Origin: Podarcis erhardii
Taxonomy: Eukaryota
NCBI GenBank assembly: GCA_964252035.1
Contig: OZ176202.1
Length of the DNA stretch: 64,000 nucleotides
Direction: 5' to 3' (one strand)
Below are positions 23,474 to 35,883 of this stretch, in pieces. A program made the translations under genes and the position numbers. Below the pieces are notes generated by a model. The model ran no database searches. It was not told the DNA's origin and worked only from the letters and a program-made list of their open reading frames with translations. Position 1 is the stretch's first letter, and each line of letters begins with the position of its first letter.

Positions 23474-25678
23474 CTGATACAGAAACAAGTGCCCTAATGC
23501 CTGTCTCCAGTTTTGCATATTCCCTACAACTTTGTGTCCCCTTTCCTAGCTTATCCTTACAAGTTTATGCCATTCTTTCTCAACTTGAATGAAAGCAGTT
23601 TGCCCATGCCCATGCTTCTGATTTGTGGGTTCTCTCTACATAAGAGCATTCTTAATTTCTGATAAAGTAAGACCAGGTTTATAATTCCTCTGGCTTTTGC
23701 AAACCAAAAAAACAACAACCCCTACTTCCAGAAGCCTGATACAAATAGTGTGTTTGTGTGGGGAGAGGGGAGGCAGAGGAACAAAGAACAAAATGCCAAC
23801 AGTGCCTTGGAATGAAGGACATTATCTGTGAAGGATCTTGTAAAACCAGATCTTTTCACCAAGATACTAAATCTTCATTCCTGAGCCCTTTTGCTGCCTT
23901 CTTCTGACACAGGGTGTAAGTGGATGTTAATAGTATTCTTGTGACCCTTTATGACCTCTTTGAATCTGCCCCCAAGCGCTAGCTATCTTTTGGTGGAGAG
24001 CAAAGTGGGAGAGGTTTAAAGCTAGTTACTGAGACGTTGCTGAATTAGTGATTACTGTTCGCACAGTTCAAATAGGCACGAAACAATGTTGTTTACAGAA
24101 GAGGAAAAAATGTTCCTGCCCTGAAAAAAACAACCTTGCGGGGTGAAGGGGATAAGAATGAGAAATGAGAAGCTAAGATGAGACTGAGTGGATGCGAGTC
24201 TAAATTTCTGTCAGAGATTAAGATTTGGGGGGTGGAGTGGAAATATGTGTTTTCAATGGGTAATTGTAAGCCTTATAGTGCACATGTCTACTTAGAAGTT
24301 ATTCCCATTGAGTACAGTGGGATAGGATTGCAATCTTAATGTCTCACCACCATCAGAGTTGAGGCAGTCACTCAGGGAAAAGGGAATACACTCCCCAAAG
24401 AGGTCCACATGGTGCCTTCTTTGCTGTGTGTTAAGGGTCAGGGTTAGGAACTTTTAGGTGCTAATCATTACTGAACAATCACTTGATTTTTATCTAATGA
24501 AAACTTGCATAAGGGGAACTTAGCTTTTCCTGCTTTAATGTGTCACTGTGTGGTGTTTATTTTATTTTGCTGTTCAATTTGATATTTGCATTTATAATAT
24601 ATGCTTGTTTTATCAATATTTGTTTAAGAAAATTTTGCTTATAATTGAAAAGTCCAATATAAATTTAAAACCAGCTATATAAAATAAAGTACTGTATAAT
24701 AAGCGATAAGGTGTGTGTTTTCAGATCACCCTTTGCATGAGTAGTCACAGCATGCCCAGCTGCATTTTAGGCTTTTTGGTTGTAGTGGTCTTATGGCCTT
24801 CCATTTGTTGCTGTTGTTGTTTACATTTGTACGGTATATCACCCTATATCCACATCTCAGGGTAGTTCACAACATAAAATCACAAAATAAAAACGTGAAG
24901 TACATAATGAAAATAAAAACAAGAACAACCCAATAATCCCCCAAGTTTACAACATGGACTGAAGTCTGGGAGTTGTATCTTTCAGCCCTGATTATGCTTC
25001 AAGTAATGACCCAAATAAGGATCTTTGGCGCGAAAAAGCGTTGATAGTATTAATTATATGATTCCAACAAAGATATTGTTTATATTCTTTACAGCCTGTT
25101 TTGCATACAGCACATAGTTAACGTAGAAAAACATGTGCAAGGGAAAGAGGAAGTACAGTGGGCAACCAAAGTTTATAACAATAAATGCTAATTTATGCCA
25201 AAAGCTTCATAGAGATTTATTTGTTTTGAAGCAGTTTTGTTTGTCTACTGCAGTAGTATGGAAGGGAGCCCTTAATCTGTCAATTAAGCAAGCTTGCAAA
25301 TATATTTTCCTTGCTTTAGTTTAAAGGGTCATGCAGCCCATGGGTTGACCAGTATAATAAATTATGAAGTTGTTAAGAGCAATCTTGCAATGAGGTCAGC
25401 ATGCAAAGGGCATGGGCATTCTAGCCAAAGTCATGCAGGCTCCATTGGTTTCAGTGAGAACGACTTGAGTACACTCATAACTCTCAAATCAGTGGGCTGC
25501 AAAGTGCTGAAATTTGGCTGGCTAAACAAACCTTGTGATGCAATTCAGCACTTTTCCCATTGCTTTCTATTTGTGCTGACATATTATCCTCTACTGCCAC
25601 ATATTGAGATTGCTATCCATTTTGGGGTCTTTTATTATTTTCATCTCATGGAAAACATTACTCATAACAAACTATATA

Positions 25679-25920
25679 CAGTGGTACCTCGGGTTACATA
25701 CGCTTCAGGTTACATATGCTTCAGGTTACAGACTCTGCTAACCCAGAAATAGTACCTCGGGTTAAGAACTTTGCTTCAGGATGAGAACAGAAATAGTGCT
25801 CCGGTGGCGCGGCGGCAGTGGGAGGCCCCATTAGCTAAAGTGGTGCTTCAGGTTAAGAACAGTTTCAGGTTAAGAACAGACCTCCTGAATGAATTAAGTA
25901 CTTAACCCGAGGTACCACTG
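25679..25920. mobile_element. Tigger-like MITE, family B (opposite orientation)
   Basis: Perfect 18-bp TIR, TA TSD, 242 bp. Confidence 0.93.
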
Positions 25921-26956
25921 TATTTTAATCATTCTGAATTCATTAGTGATAGCTCTTGTTTCTAAGATTTGCAAGATAGCTTTTCCACCAAATCCAACTC
26001 GCCTACAGAATCCACATTTAAAACAAGTTTTATTTGAAACCCCCACTATTGAAGATCTGTGATGTGTATCTTGGAGATGTGTTTTCCTTATGGCTCAAAA
26101 TTCTAGACCCACCCCCACCCCCCAAAATTTAAATGGCTGTCTAAACAAAACCACACAAACCTACCTTATTACATCACCTCCAGCCCGTTAAAGGGGAGGG
26201 AAACACGTTCCCTTCTAGAAGGATCTCTAGCTGTCCCATTTCTGGAACATTACTCCAGCATATGTTACAAACAGGATCCTTAGCAGATCTTGCCAGGTCT
26301 GCTTAACAAAGAAACTGATCTGACCGTTTTAGTAATCACCCTTTTTTGCAGATCCCATTTTAGGGCTATAAAACCATAGAATTTGAGGGGACCCCAAAAC
26401 CCCATTTAGTCTAATCCCAATCTTATTGCACTGATAAGACAAGCCTCATTTGTTCTTTGTAACAGTAAATCTCAATGTATAACAAACAAACAATTTTCCA
26501 CAACATACGGTAGCTTGTAATCTAAAGCACTCAATCACTTCCCAAGTGTTAACAACTGTGTTAACTTCAGTGAAATGAAAGTTAGTAGGTTAACCATGAG
26601 AAGAGGGTTCTCTGGATGTGAAATAAGAGTATTCTTTATTGGCTTTATTTTAAAAAAAGCATTTATAGAAATGCTCGTACCATAATATACAGTGAGTAGT
26701 TGGCACAACCACCTTACAATCACACTTCTCATGATGCAACCAAAGTTGTGAGCTGGTAACTTCCTTATTCAGCTGCTCCAGAATAGCTTGCCACAATTTG
26801 GGGGTCAGTCTGTTGCATATTGGTGCAGGCTTTTCCCCATTTATGTCCACACATTTCCTATCCATCTCTGCACTGGATTTTGGAATGTTTGTGACACGCT
26901 CCCCCACCTCTCTGAGTGCTGTTATCTAAAACTTCTAATGCAAGTGTTATTTAGAC

Positions 26957-27092
26957 CAGTGTTTCCCAATCTTGTGCCTCCAGCTGTTTTTGGACTACAA
27001 TTCCCATCATCCCTTGCCACTGGTCTTGCTAGTCAGGGATGATGTGAGTTGTAGTTCAAAAACAGCTGGAGGCACAAGGTTGGGAAACACTG
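26957..27092. mobile_element. hAT-type hairpin MITE
   Basis: 44-bp TIR with 2 mismatches and a perfect 8-bp TSD atttagac (26949-26956, 27093-27100). Confidence 0.93.
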
Positions 27093-27396
27093 ATTTAGAC
27101 ATCATTGCCAAGTGTACATTCAGTCCTGGGTCCATTAATTCTCTATATTTGCTCCTGCTGGTGATAGGATCCTTTGCCCTGATGTTTCGTTTCTTTCTAA
27201 TCCCACCCAGGGGGCTGGGGAGGAAGTCCTGTTGTGCAAGCAAATCTCATTCCACTCGTGCATACCCCACTTAAGAGTACGTTGAATTTCCACCCCATAT
27301 TTCTAACTCTCGAATAGGGCAGTTGCAAGATATTCATGCATTAAGGCCAATTTTTCAGCACTGCCACCTTTTTAAACAGCGGTATCTTTTAGGTCA

Positions 27397-27751
27397 GGGA
27401 CGCGGGTGGCGCTGTGGGTTAAACCACAGAGCCTAGGACTTGCCGATCAGAAGGTCAGCGGTTCGAATCCCCGTGACGGGGTGAGCTCCCATTGCTCGGT
27501 CCCAGCTCCTGCCAACCTAGCAGTTCGAAAGCATGTCAAATTGCAAGTAGATAAATAGGTACTGCTCCAGCGGGAAGGTAAACGCCGTTTCCGTGCGCTG
27601 CTCTGGTTCGCCAGAAGCAGCTTAGTCATGCTGGCCACATGACCCAGAAGCTGTACGCTGGCTCCCTCGGCCAATAAAGCGAGATGAGCGCCGCAACCCC
27701 AGAGTCAGTCACGACTGGACCTAATGGTCAGGGGTCCCTTTACCTTTACCT
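27397..27751 (+). mobile_element. Sauria SINE, full length
   Basis: Starts gggacgcgggtggcgctgtgg, ends tacctttacct. Perfect 14-bp TSD tatcttttaggtca (27383-27396, 27752-27765). Confidence 0.95.
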
Positions 27752-27763
27752 TATCTTTTAGGT

Positions 27764-27899
27764 CAGGGGTTGTGAACCTGCGGTTCTTCAGGTGTTGCTG
27801 GACTCCAGCTCCCATCCATCCTAGCTGGCATGAACAAGGGACTAAGATAATGGGAATTGTAGTCCAAAAACACCTGAAGGGTTGCAAATACCCCACCTG
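27764..27899. mobile_element. Degenerate hAT-type hairpin MITE, related to 26957-27092
   Basis: Shares the internal ggactccagctcccatc...gatgggaattgtagtcc motif. No clean TSD. Confidence 0.55.
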
Positions 27900-30668
27900 T
27901 TTTTTTACAGAATAGACAGTTTCACCCCTAGACCCACCAAAAGGGTCTTTGGGCTGTTTCCTCTTGCTACACACCCACATTCTCTTTCCACCTGAGACTG
28001 TGCCCTGCTACCATTAGAATGTAAAATTCAAGAGTTTGTAATCCAAATGCTTTTTTTGGGAATGTGTTAGTGTGTGCTGGGGAACAGAAAAGGTTCACTG
28101 AAAGATTCAAAGTCCTGCTCTTGGAAATATTGCAGATTTAAGTTGCAGAGTATCAAAAGAATAATTATGATGTGGCTCTTTAAAGAGCAGTTGTATATCT
28201 TTTTGTATATTCCTCGTCATAACCAGAGATAGAGTAATCCTGGGGAATAATAGCATCTGGTCTGCAATACAATAGAGGAGGGGGCTGTGAACAACTGTCT
28301 AAGCAGCACACTAATTCCAGGACCAAAGGCTTTCCCCACTGGACCCTAATTCTTTAGAACCTGATGGGCCTCTGGGGAGTCCTCTATTGACATGTAAATT
28401 GGCCTGCCCTATTATTGCCAGTGGTAGGCACACTGCTGTTTATCCCAGCTGTCCCTGTGTTGGGTGTCTGTTTGTTGCTTGGTCTTCAACGCCTAAATAT
28501 GTTTTGCAAACACATGGCTGAGAGGATCCACTGTTTCCCAGAGCGTGGCAACATGTCTCACGTGAGTTAGGAGGCTTTTTTTTATTTATGTGTTTGTAAT
28601 AAATATTCGGTACAGTTCTAGGCACAGGCAGCCAGAAAGCAATACAACGTTTGCATTTAAATATTTGGAATATTTTGCTATCTAAGCTCCAGGAAGAGCT
28701 GTTAAAAGCCTTGAGGGGTAATTGAAGGTTCTTTCCTCTTTAAACAATGGGCCCTATTATCTTTTCCAGTGGGAGAGCCTGTGTAGACTTACACAGTGTT
28801 GGTAAACTAACAAAAGATCCTAGTCTTGTCTCTGTTGCTGCTTTGGTTTAAATTAAAACCCATTAAGTTATTGTGGTTTAGCAGAAGGTGTTACTTTGTG
28901 TTTCAGCAATTACATTAGGTGACTGCAAATTTGTTTTATAATACCAACTCATCTTTTAAAAAAGTTGACTATCGTTATTATCCTAGCATATAATTATTTA
29001 TAATATTTGCTTTTTACAAGGTTTGCAAAGCTGACTAGAGAATGTGAAAGTAGATACATTTCTGTAGGGGCCAAGCAAGTTGAAATGGTTTTTTAAAACC
29101 TATGATATTTATTGAGGCATATTGATAAGCAGTTAAAATGTTTTAAGAAAAATATCTTAAATTTTGAAGCCATGTGTGAAAACTTATATGCTTCTGGCTT
29201 CCTTATTGGCAGAATGTGGAGGGCCAGCAGTTACCCTTAGGGTGTTGAGAAAGCAAGGAAGAGACTAATTGAAATGTAACAGATTTATTATGTGCAAAAC
29301 ACACATACTGTACTAATATATTGAGAAGCGGGTTTTTAAACATGTATGCAACCTGTGGATTTAAACTAATGCCTATGAAAAGCAGATTAGTTAAAATATG
29401 GGAGTACAAGGTCAGACTTCAGTAAAGTCTATTTTTTAATGATACAAGAACTAATATGTTGTGTATATAAAAATGTTTTATTATACCATTTTCTGGTTAA
29501 TGAAAAATCTATCTTCAGTTCCTTAGAACTAAGGCTGAGATTCTAAGAATCACTTTGCTCCCCTCAAACAAAATTGAAATAAGAATCCAAAGTGAACCAA
29601 CTTTGTCACTTATTTTGTACCAATATTATAAGAAGCAGTAAGGAAACCTAAAATGCTTATTTTTCCGGTTTTGCTGCCTTGAGGAAGCATTCAAAAAGAG
29701 ACAACTTTCAAGCTAATCATTTTGATTTAATTGAATACTGTAACAGAGATAATAATAGTTAAAATGTGAAAAGATACTTTCCTCTGAGCTTTGAAACACG
29801 GTGGAAAGTTAATGAGGCAGAAGACTGCAGACAGAGTGCTCCAGATGGTCAAGGCAGTAGAGAGAAAGAAGGCTAGTCTGTGATAGACTGAAAGGGAAGG
29901 AGTATCTGAGCAAAGAGGCATTTTTTAAATGAGACAGCCTGGAGCAAATCCGCAGAAGATTAAAAATCAAGAAGATAAATACTGAGCTCAGTCTGGAAAC
30001 TGAGCCAGGGGATCTGCTAATTGAGGAGGTGAACTGGGTAAAAAAATAAACAATGCAAGATACCTTGCAGGATTCTTATAGCCCATTTGTAATGGCTCAA
30101 GGCTTATTCACATGTTATGCTTCTGTTAACAGGTAGGTACCAATTGCCTGGAAGTACCTTAGAGGCGGTTCACGTTCTGCTTTTTAAACCTGGTACAAAG
30201 GTACAGTTTCTGAATGGCAAAGCACATGCATGGTAGCATCTGCTGCGAGTGATGTTACACGTGCTTTTAAATGTCGGGGTTTTCCCTGTAATAAACCTGG
30301 AAGACAGACAAGGAAGGTTTGGGAGTGCAAACGGTGGTCTCTTCTGTGAAGCCTCAGCAGCTGGGATGATGGGTACCAAAGCCAGCCCTGCTCCCCCCTC
30401 TGAATTTCTGCAATTTCTCCAGTTAAATAATCCATACATATTCATAATTTAACATTTATAATAACTATAGCAGGGCAACCTTAATAGCTAAAAACATGCT
30501 TTATTTTTTCATGAAACCCAAGTTTTTCAGGAAGCTGAATTCTGCTCCCAGTTCTTTATCTTTGCATGTGTTCTGAGCATATGAGAAAGGAATTATGTGT
30601 GGCATATGTATGCATTTCCTGTGCTTTCAACAGGAAAACATTCATGTTTGTATTTTCAAAAAAATAAA

Positions 30669-31869
30669 TGTCCTCGATATTCAGATTATCTTCCCCATTT
30701 TACTAGATGTCAGCTCCCCCTCTTTGGGGGGGGGGCTACTTTACAGACGGTATCCGGGTCTTGCAGTGACCCGGCAGTGGGGGAGTGACGCAGTCCTGCA
30801 TCACTGGGATGCCCAGTCGCGTCACGCCCCCCCGGCTGACCAATTGGGTTAGCCATGGGGCGTGGCTACATACGTTTAAATAGCGGCGCAGCTGGAGAAC
30901 AGTCTCCTTTGCCTCCTTTCATTGGATCTCCCTGCCTACCCACCCTCTCTTCTTGCGTTGATTGATTATGGCCTTGCTATGACTATTGTCGGTCGCCTGG
31001 TTGTTGGGGCCGGGTAGGAATTTTTCCACTTAGCAAATTGGCACCAGCCATTTGGTTTGCACCTACCTAGTAGCAATCGCCACAACTTTGTAAGGTTAGG
31101 CATTGGGTAAGCTTTATTATGGGAGGGGAGGTTGTAGCCTCTGCCTGCCCCTCCTCATTAACGGTATCCCATTAAAGGGATCCGGGGGTGTGGTTCCTGA
31201 CCGAAGCCTGGGCGTGGGCTAGGGCCATGCCAGGACCCCATCGGTGACCCTAGGGGAGCTCTTAATTGGTGTATATCATAGGGCTCCCCCTTCTGGTGGT
31301 TGACCCTTATGAGACTTCCTGCGGACGGGTAGGAGTCAGGATATACAGTGGTACCTCGCAAGATGAAATTAATTCGTTCTGCGAGTTTTTTTTGTCTTGT
31401 GATTCTTTTCGTCTTGCAAAGCACGGACTTTGGAAAAGCTTCAAAAATCACCAAAGTCTTCAAAAACCTCAAAAAAGGCTACCACACCGCGTGCTATGAG
31501 TTGCTCCTCGAAGTCAAGTCGCAACTGCACCCCCTGAATGCACGGTTTTAAGAAAAAGGAAACAAACTTGCAAGACAAAGGAAACAAACTTGCAAGACAT
31601 TTTCGTCTTGTGAAGCAAGCCCATAGGGAAATTCGCCTTGCGAAGCAACTCAAAAAACGAAAAACTCTTTCGTCTTGCGAGTTTTTCGTCTTACGAGGCA
31701 TTCGTCTTGCGAGGTACCACTGTAGTCTTGCTTCACCCAATTGCCTAAGCCAAACTACTCACATCTGTAACCAATAAAGTTGTGGTCTAATTCATCCCAT
31801 TAACTCAATATACTTGTGTTTGTGTGTTTTTTTCGGAGGGAACTGTGGGGCCCGGGGCTTCTCCACACA
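30669..31869 (+). mobile_element. LTR-like element (probable solo LTR) interrupted by a MITE; ends uncertain
   Basis: CpG-rich block in AT-rich intron, TG...CA ends, near-TSD ataaa/attaa, TATA-like tttaaata near 30875, AATAAA at 31773-31778. Confidence 0.55.
31346..31722. mobile_element. Tigger-like MITE, family C, nested in the LTR-like element
   Basis: TIR cagtggtacctcgcaaga / tcttgcgaggtaccactg, TA TSD, many internal ttcgtcttgc repeats, 377 bp. Confidence 0.92.
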
Positions 31870-33079
31870 ATTAATTCCAGTGGTTTTCTTTTGAGAGTTC
31901 TTTTAAGTGTTTATTGTGATTGATTGAAAACACTAATACTGGGAGATTAAATACCGTTGGCTGCAATTTGACGCAGTTTATTTTCCTATGAAAGAGGACT
32001 GTATAAATGGAGTGGAAGCTTCAGGGGTTGGGGCATGCAAGTTGAAATGCATATAGTTTTATTTAATCTCTTTAATGGGTTGTTTCATTGACTTGCCTAG
32101 TTGTTGTTTTTAAAAAACCTTAGCCCTGGTAAATGAATATTAAGACAAGAGTTCCATTATTTCTCAACTTTTATTTTAATTTCACTCCAATTATGTTGTG
32201 ATAGACAGACATAACTGATCAGTCTCTGCACAAACTGGTTTACTGTCAGGATGATAAAACGTCATGTCAGAAACATGGGTAGGATTGCAGGGCCATCTTA
32301 GCCTGGAGATGGTGCTTGCGGTTTTAAAAGTGAAAAGGCACTTACTGAGGGTGAAGCTATTGTTCCATTGCTTTCTTCACTCATTCTTCTTCCCTGACTG
32401 CTATCAGGCAAAACTAGTTTGCTATATACTGCAGGTAGGAGAGGACGGGTATCAAGAGAACAGTAAAATAGGAGGACAGGAGTTGCAGTGGTTACAGTGT
32501 CTTTGAGCTTATGTAGTTAGACAATCACCCGTACCCAGCTAAGGAAGTAACATAAATGGGCGAATGTACCTATATTACTGGATTTTGATATGATCAGATT
32601 TTCACTAAGGACACCTGGATTCAAACACCTGCAGAGCTGTGAAGCTCACTGAAAGACCTTTGACCAGTCACTGTCAATCCATTTAAGCCATCCAATGTGG
32701 TTGTTATGAAGTCTGAGTTCCTTGGAGGAAGGTTGAGATCACACGTTTTAAATTAACATATATGGATTCAGAAGTGCATCTAAGCCAACTTGCAGTGTGT
32801 TGCTTTGAATGGGATCTACATTCTGAGAAGCATTCGAAGATCCACATTTCTAATATGTTTAAAATTGTGCCTGACTAGAACTTGACTGAGACAACTATTT
32901 GCAGGTGAAGAACTGGCAACCCTAGATAAGCAATACTGTAGAACAGTGGCCTGTCTCTTTGGCAGTATGATAATGATAAGGAGGTGTACATATCAGCCAC
33001 GTCTACCTCTTGGGCAGTATTCTGCTTCTGGAAATCCACCACCACCACTTGGATCATTTTTGTCTGGTGAGCTCTGTTC

Positions 33080-33272
33080 CAGCTCTGTTCCAGCTTCTGC
33101 CAACCTAGCAGTGTGTCAGTAGCGGTTTAGTCATTCTGGCCACATGACCCGGAAAGCTGTCTCTGAACAAACGCCGGCTCCCTCAGCCTGACAAGCAAGA
33201 TGAGTGCTGCACCCCATACTCACTTTTGACTGGACTTAACTGTCCAGGGGTCCTTTACCTTTACCTTTTACC
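33080..33272 (+). mobile_element. Sauria SINE 3' part with internal deletion
   Basis: ccacatgacccggaa...ggggtcctttacctttaccttttacc tail. Confidence 0.75.
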
Positions 33273-34804
33273 ATCTGAAGATGGTAAGAATGAACCTTCA
33301 TTTAATAGATATGCTTTAGAAATGTGCTTTGCCATTCTTCTATATTTAGGACCAAACTGGAATGGTGAGGGCAACCATCCTCGTTCATGTGCATGCCCTT
33401 GTTGACATATAACATAAGACTTGGTAGGGGCAGTCTTAATTTTTTCACTAAAGATGATTTGTGGGTAAGGGGAACTGAAGCATCCTCTCTATCGTCTGTC
33501 ACCACAGGCGCTTCTCTCAAAACTGAGGAAAACAAATATGGCTGCAGTTGTAGTTTGTCCCTCAGTATGTATTGAATTCTGACACCTTTCACATAGTTCA
33601 TCTTTCAGAGCTCTTCCTCCCCATGATATTATGTAGGTATTCATAGCCTGTGATCTGTAAGCTGCTGTGAACTGTTAGGCAAGGATCCTTCCTTTAATGT
33701 AATAGACTTGTATGTACAATATAGTCTTCTTGATAGTTAAACATGATTATAGAAGTGGGCCTTTTTCATGTTCCCACAGATACCATATATGGGGATGATG
33801 ATCCCAATGTCCATTAATGCTTGTAAAACAAATTAGGTTGGCTTTATTTGGACTCAGCCTACACTGGGCCATCAGAATCTTCCAATACACTTTGGAAAGA
33901 GCAGAGAGCCATGTCTTCTGCCACATTTTAAATGATTACAACTTCGTGTACAAAAGAGTGACTAAATTTAGTTCAGGTAATTAGCCTGCTAGAATTATTT
34001 AATTGCTTGGTCAGCAGCTTTTCCCTAGAGATGCGGATGTCCGTGTGCTCTCTCACTTGAATTCCTAATTGTTTCCAGAGCCTCTAGCACAATTTACAAT
34101 ATCCATGGCGCACTCCAGGATGTGCTCATGCTTTGGACCCAGTCAGGATGTAGTATTCATTTCTGATTAATCAACCGGGAAGGAAAGAGTGTGGCTCCAA
34201 ATTAATTATTTCCAGCAGTTCCATGGCACCCTGAACTAACTTTCCCCATGCCTTTGTTCATACAGCCAGAGCTTAATTTGTGCCGTGGCTCATCCCCAGG
34301 ATGTGCTTTCAGCAACAGGATTTGGCCTTGTAAGCATGTGAAGTACTAATAAAGAGGGCTGTGTGTGTGCGTGTGCCAAGTGGTTTTCCTTCTGGCCACC
34401 TCAAAGCATGCAATCGGTGATTCTTACTTGTAAGTAAGAAAGAGATATTTATTCAGACAAGTGACAATACAGGCTCAGCAGCAGGCACAGAACTCCGGAG
34501 TCATGGTTCGAGAGCAGGGAAAGGAAGTTCACAACTGGAAGGAAGTGACAAAAGATGTCCCACAACTTTCCACAAGCCACCCACCAAGCTTTTAAAGACG
34601 AGATATGGCTTGTTCAGTCGCAAAACTCGCTTATTTTGTGGGAATGGCAGGATTGCAAACACATGTTCCATCAGGGTGGGTGGGTCTTCTTCCATCTGTG
34701 AAGGTGGAACCCGATTCTAGGCAACAAGACTGCACCCTCCTGTACAGGCTCCAGTTCAGTCATCACCTCCGTCACTTCTGCCTCCTCCCAGGCTAATCAA
34801 AGCT

Positions 34805-34939
34805 AGTCTTCCCCCAACAGGTGCCCTTCAGTTGTTTTGGACTACAAATCCCATCAGCCCCAGCCAGCATGGTCTGTGCTCTGAGATGATGGGAGCACTA
34901 GTCTTAAACATTTGGTGGGTACCACGTTGGGGAAGACTG
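34805..34939. mobile_element. Old hairpin MITE
   Basis: Termini agtcttcccccaac / gttggggaagact and the shared ggactacaaatcccatc core. No TSD. Confidence 0.5.
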
Positions 34940-35883
34940 CTCCACTCAGTCATAACATCTTTCTCACAAGAGAGTTCTCACTGGATCAGCATCTTTGAGC
35001 CATTTTGAAAATCCCTTCTTGGACTTCTGAAATATGTCCCTTTCTGCATCTTTAACTGGTGACTGCTTTGGATATAAGCAAAATCACCAAATATGATTTA
35101 ATAATGTGGATAGAGAAATGACTACATTCTGCCATATTCAGTGCTTATATGGATATTGGAAATAGGTTAAGGCCTTTCTTCATCTATATATAATTGTTCA
35201 AGGAAGCCAGATGGCTAAGGATTAATTTATAATATACTTTTGACTTTTTTTAAGGAAGGAAGGAGGGGTAATTGTTTCTCCTGGGGATTAAAAAACATTT
35301 CATTTATAGTCTGATCATTAACCATTTGAAAAGTGAAACGTGAACAGGACTCCACCAACTGTTTTCTCTCAAGCAAACTGCAGCTCTGTTTATATATATA
35401 TGGGATTGCTCAATAATTATACTACACAAGTAATTTGTGACTGTTGTCCATCATGTCATTTCATAGCTCCATAGATTCAGGACTCAGGAGATACCATGCT
35501 GTTGTTGTTTACTGTTGTTAACTTAATGTACAAGCTGATACAAGATGTTGTTTTCTTCACTGGTCTGCAGCGTTAAGCTGTCCAGATTGCCTATTACATA
35601 GATTAATTTAAGTCTGCCAGTAGATGTTAAGTATGGTCTTTGTTTCCCCCGGGTAATAGTTTGCTTGGGGTAAAAAAAAAATTAAAAAATAGGGACTAGA
35701 AATAGAATATTGATATATGATAGTATCTGTAAGTAAATGGAACCTCTTTGTCAGGGGTCAGCAACCTTTTTCAGCCGTGGGCTGGTCCACCGTCCCTCAG
35801 ATCATGTGGTGGGCCAGACTATATTTTTTGGGGGGAAATGAACGAATTCCTATGCCCCACAAATAACCCAGAGATGCATTTTA

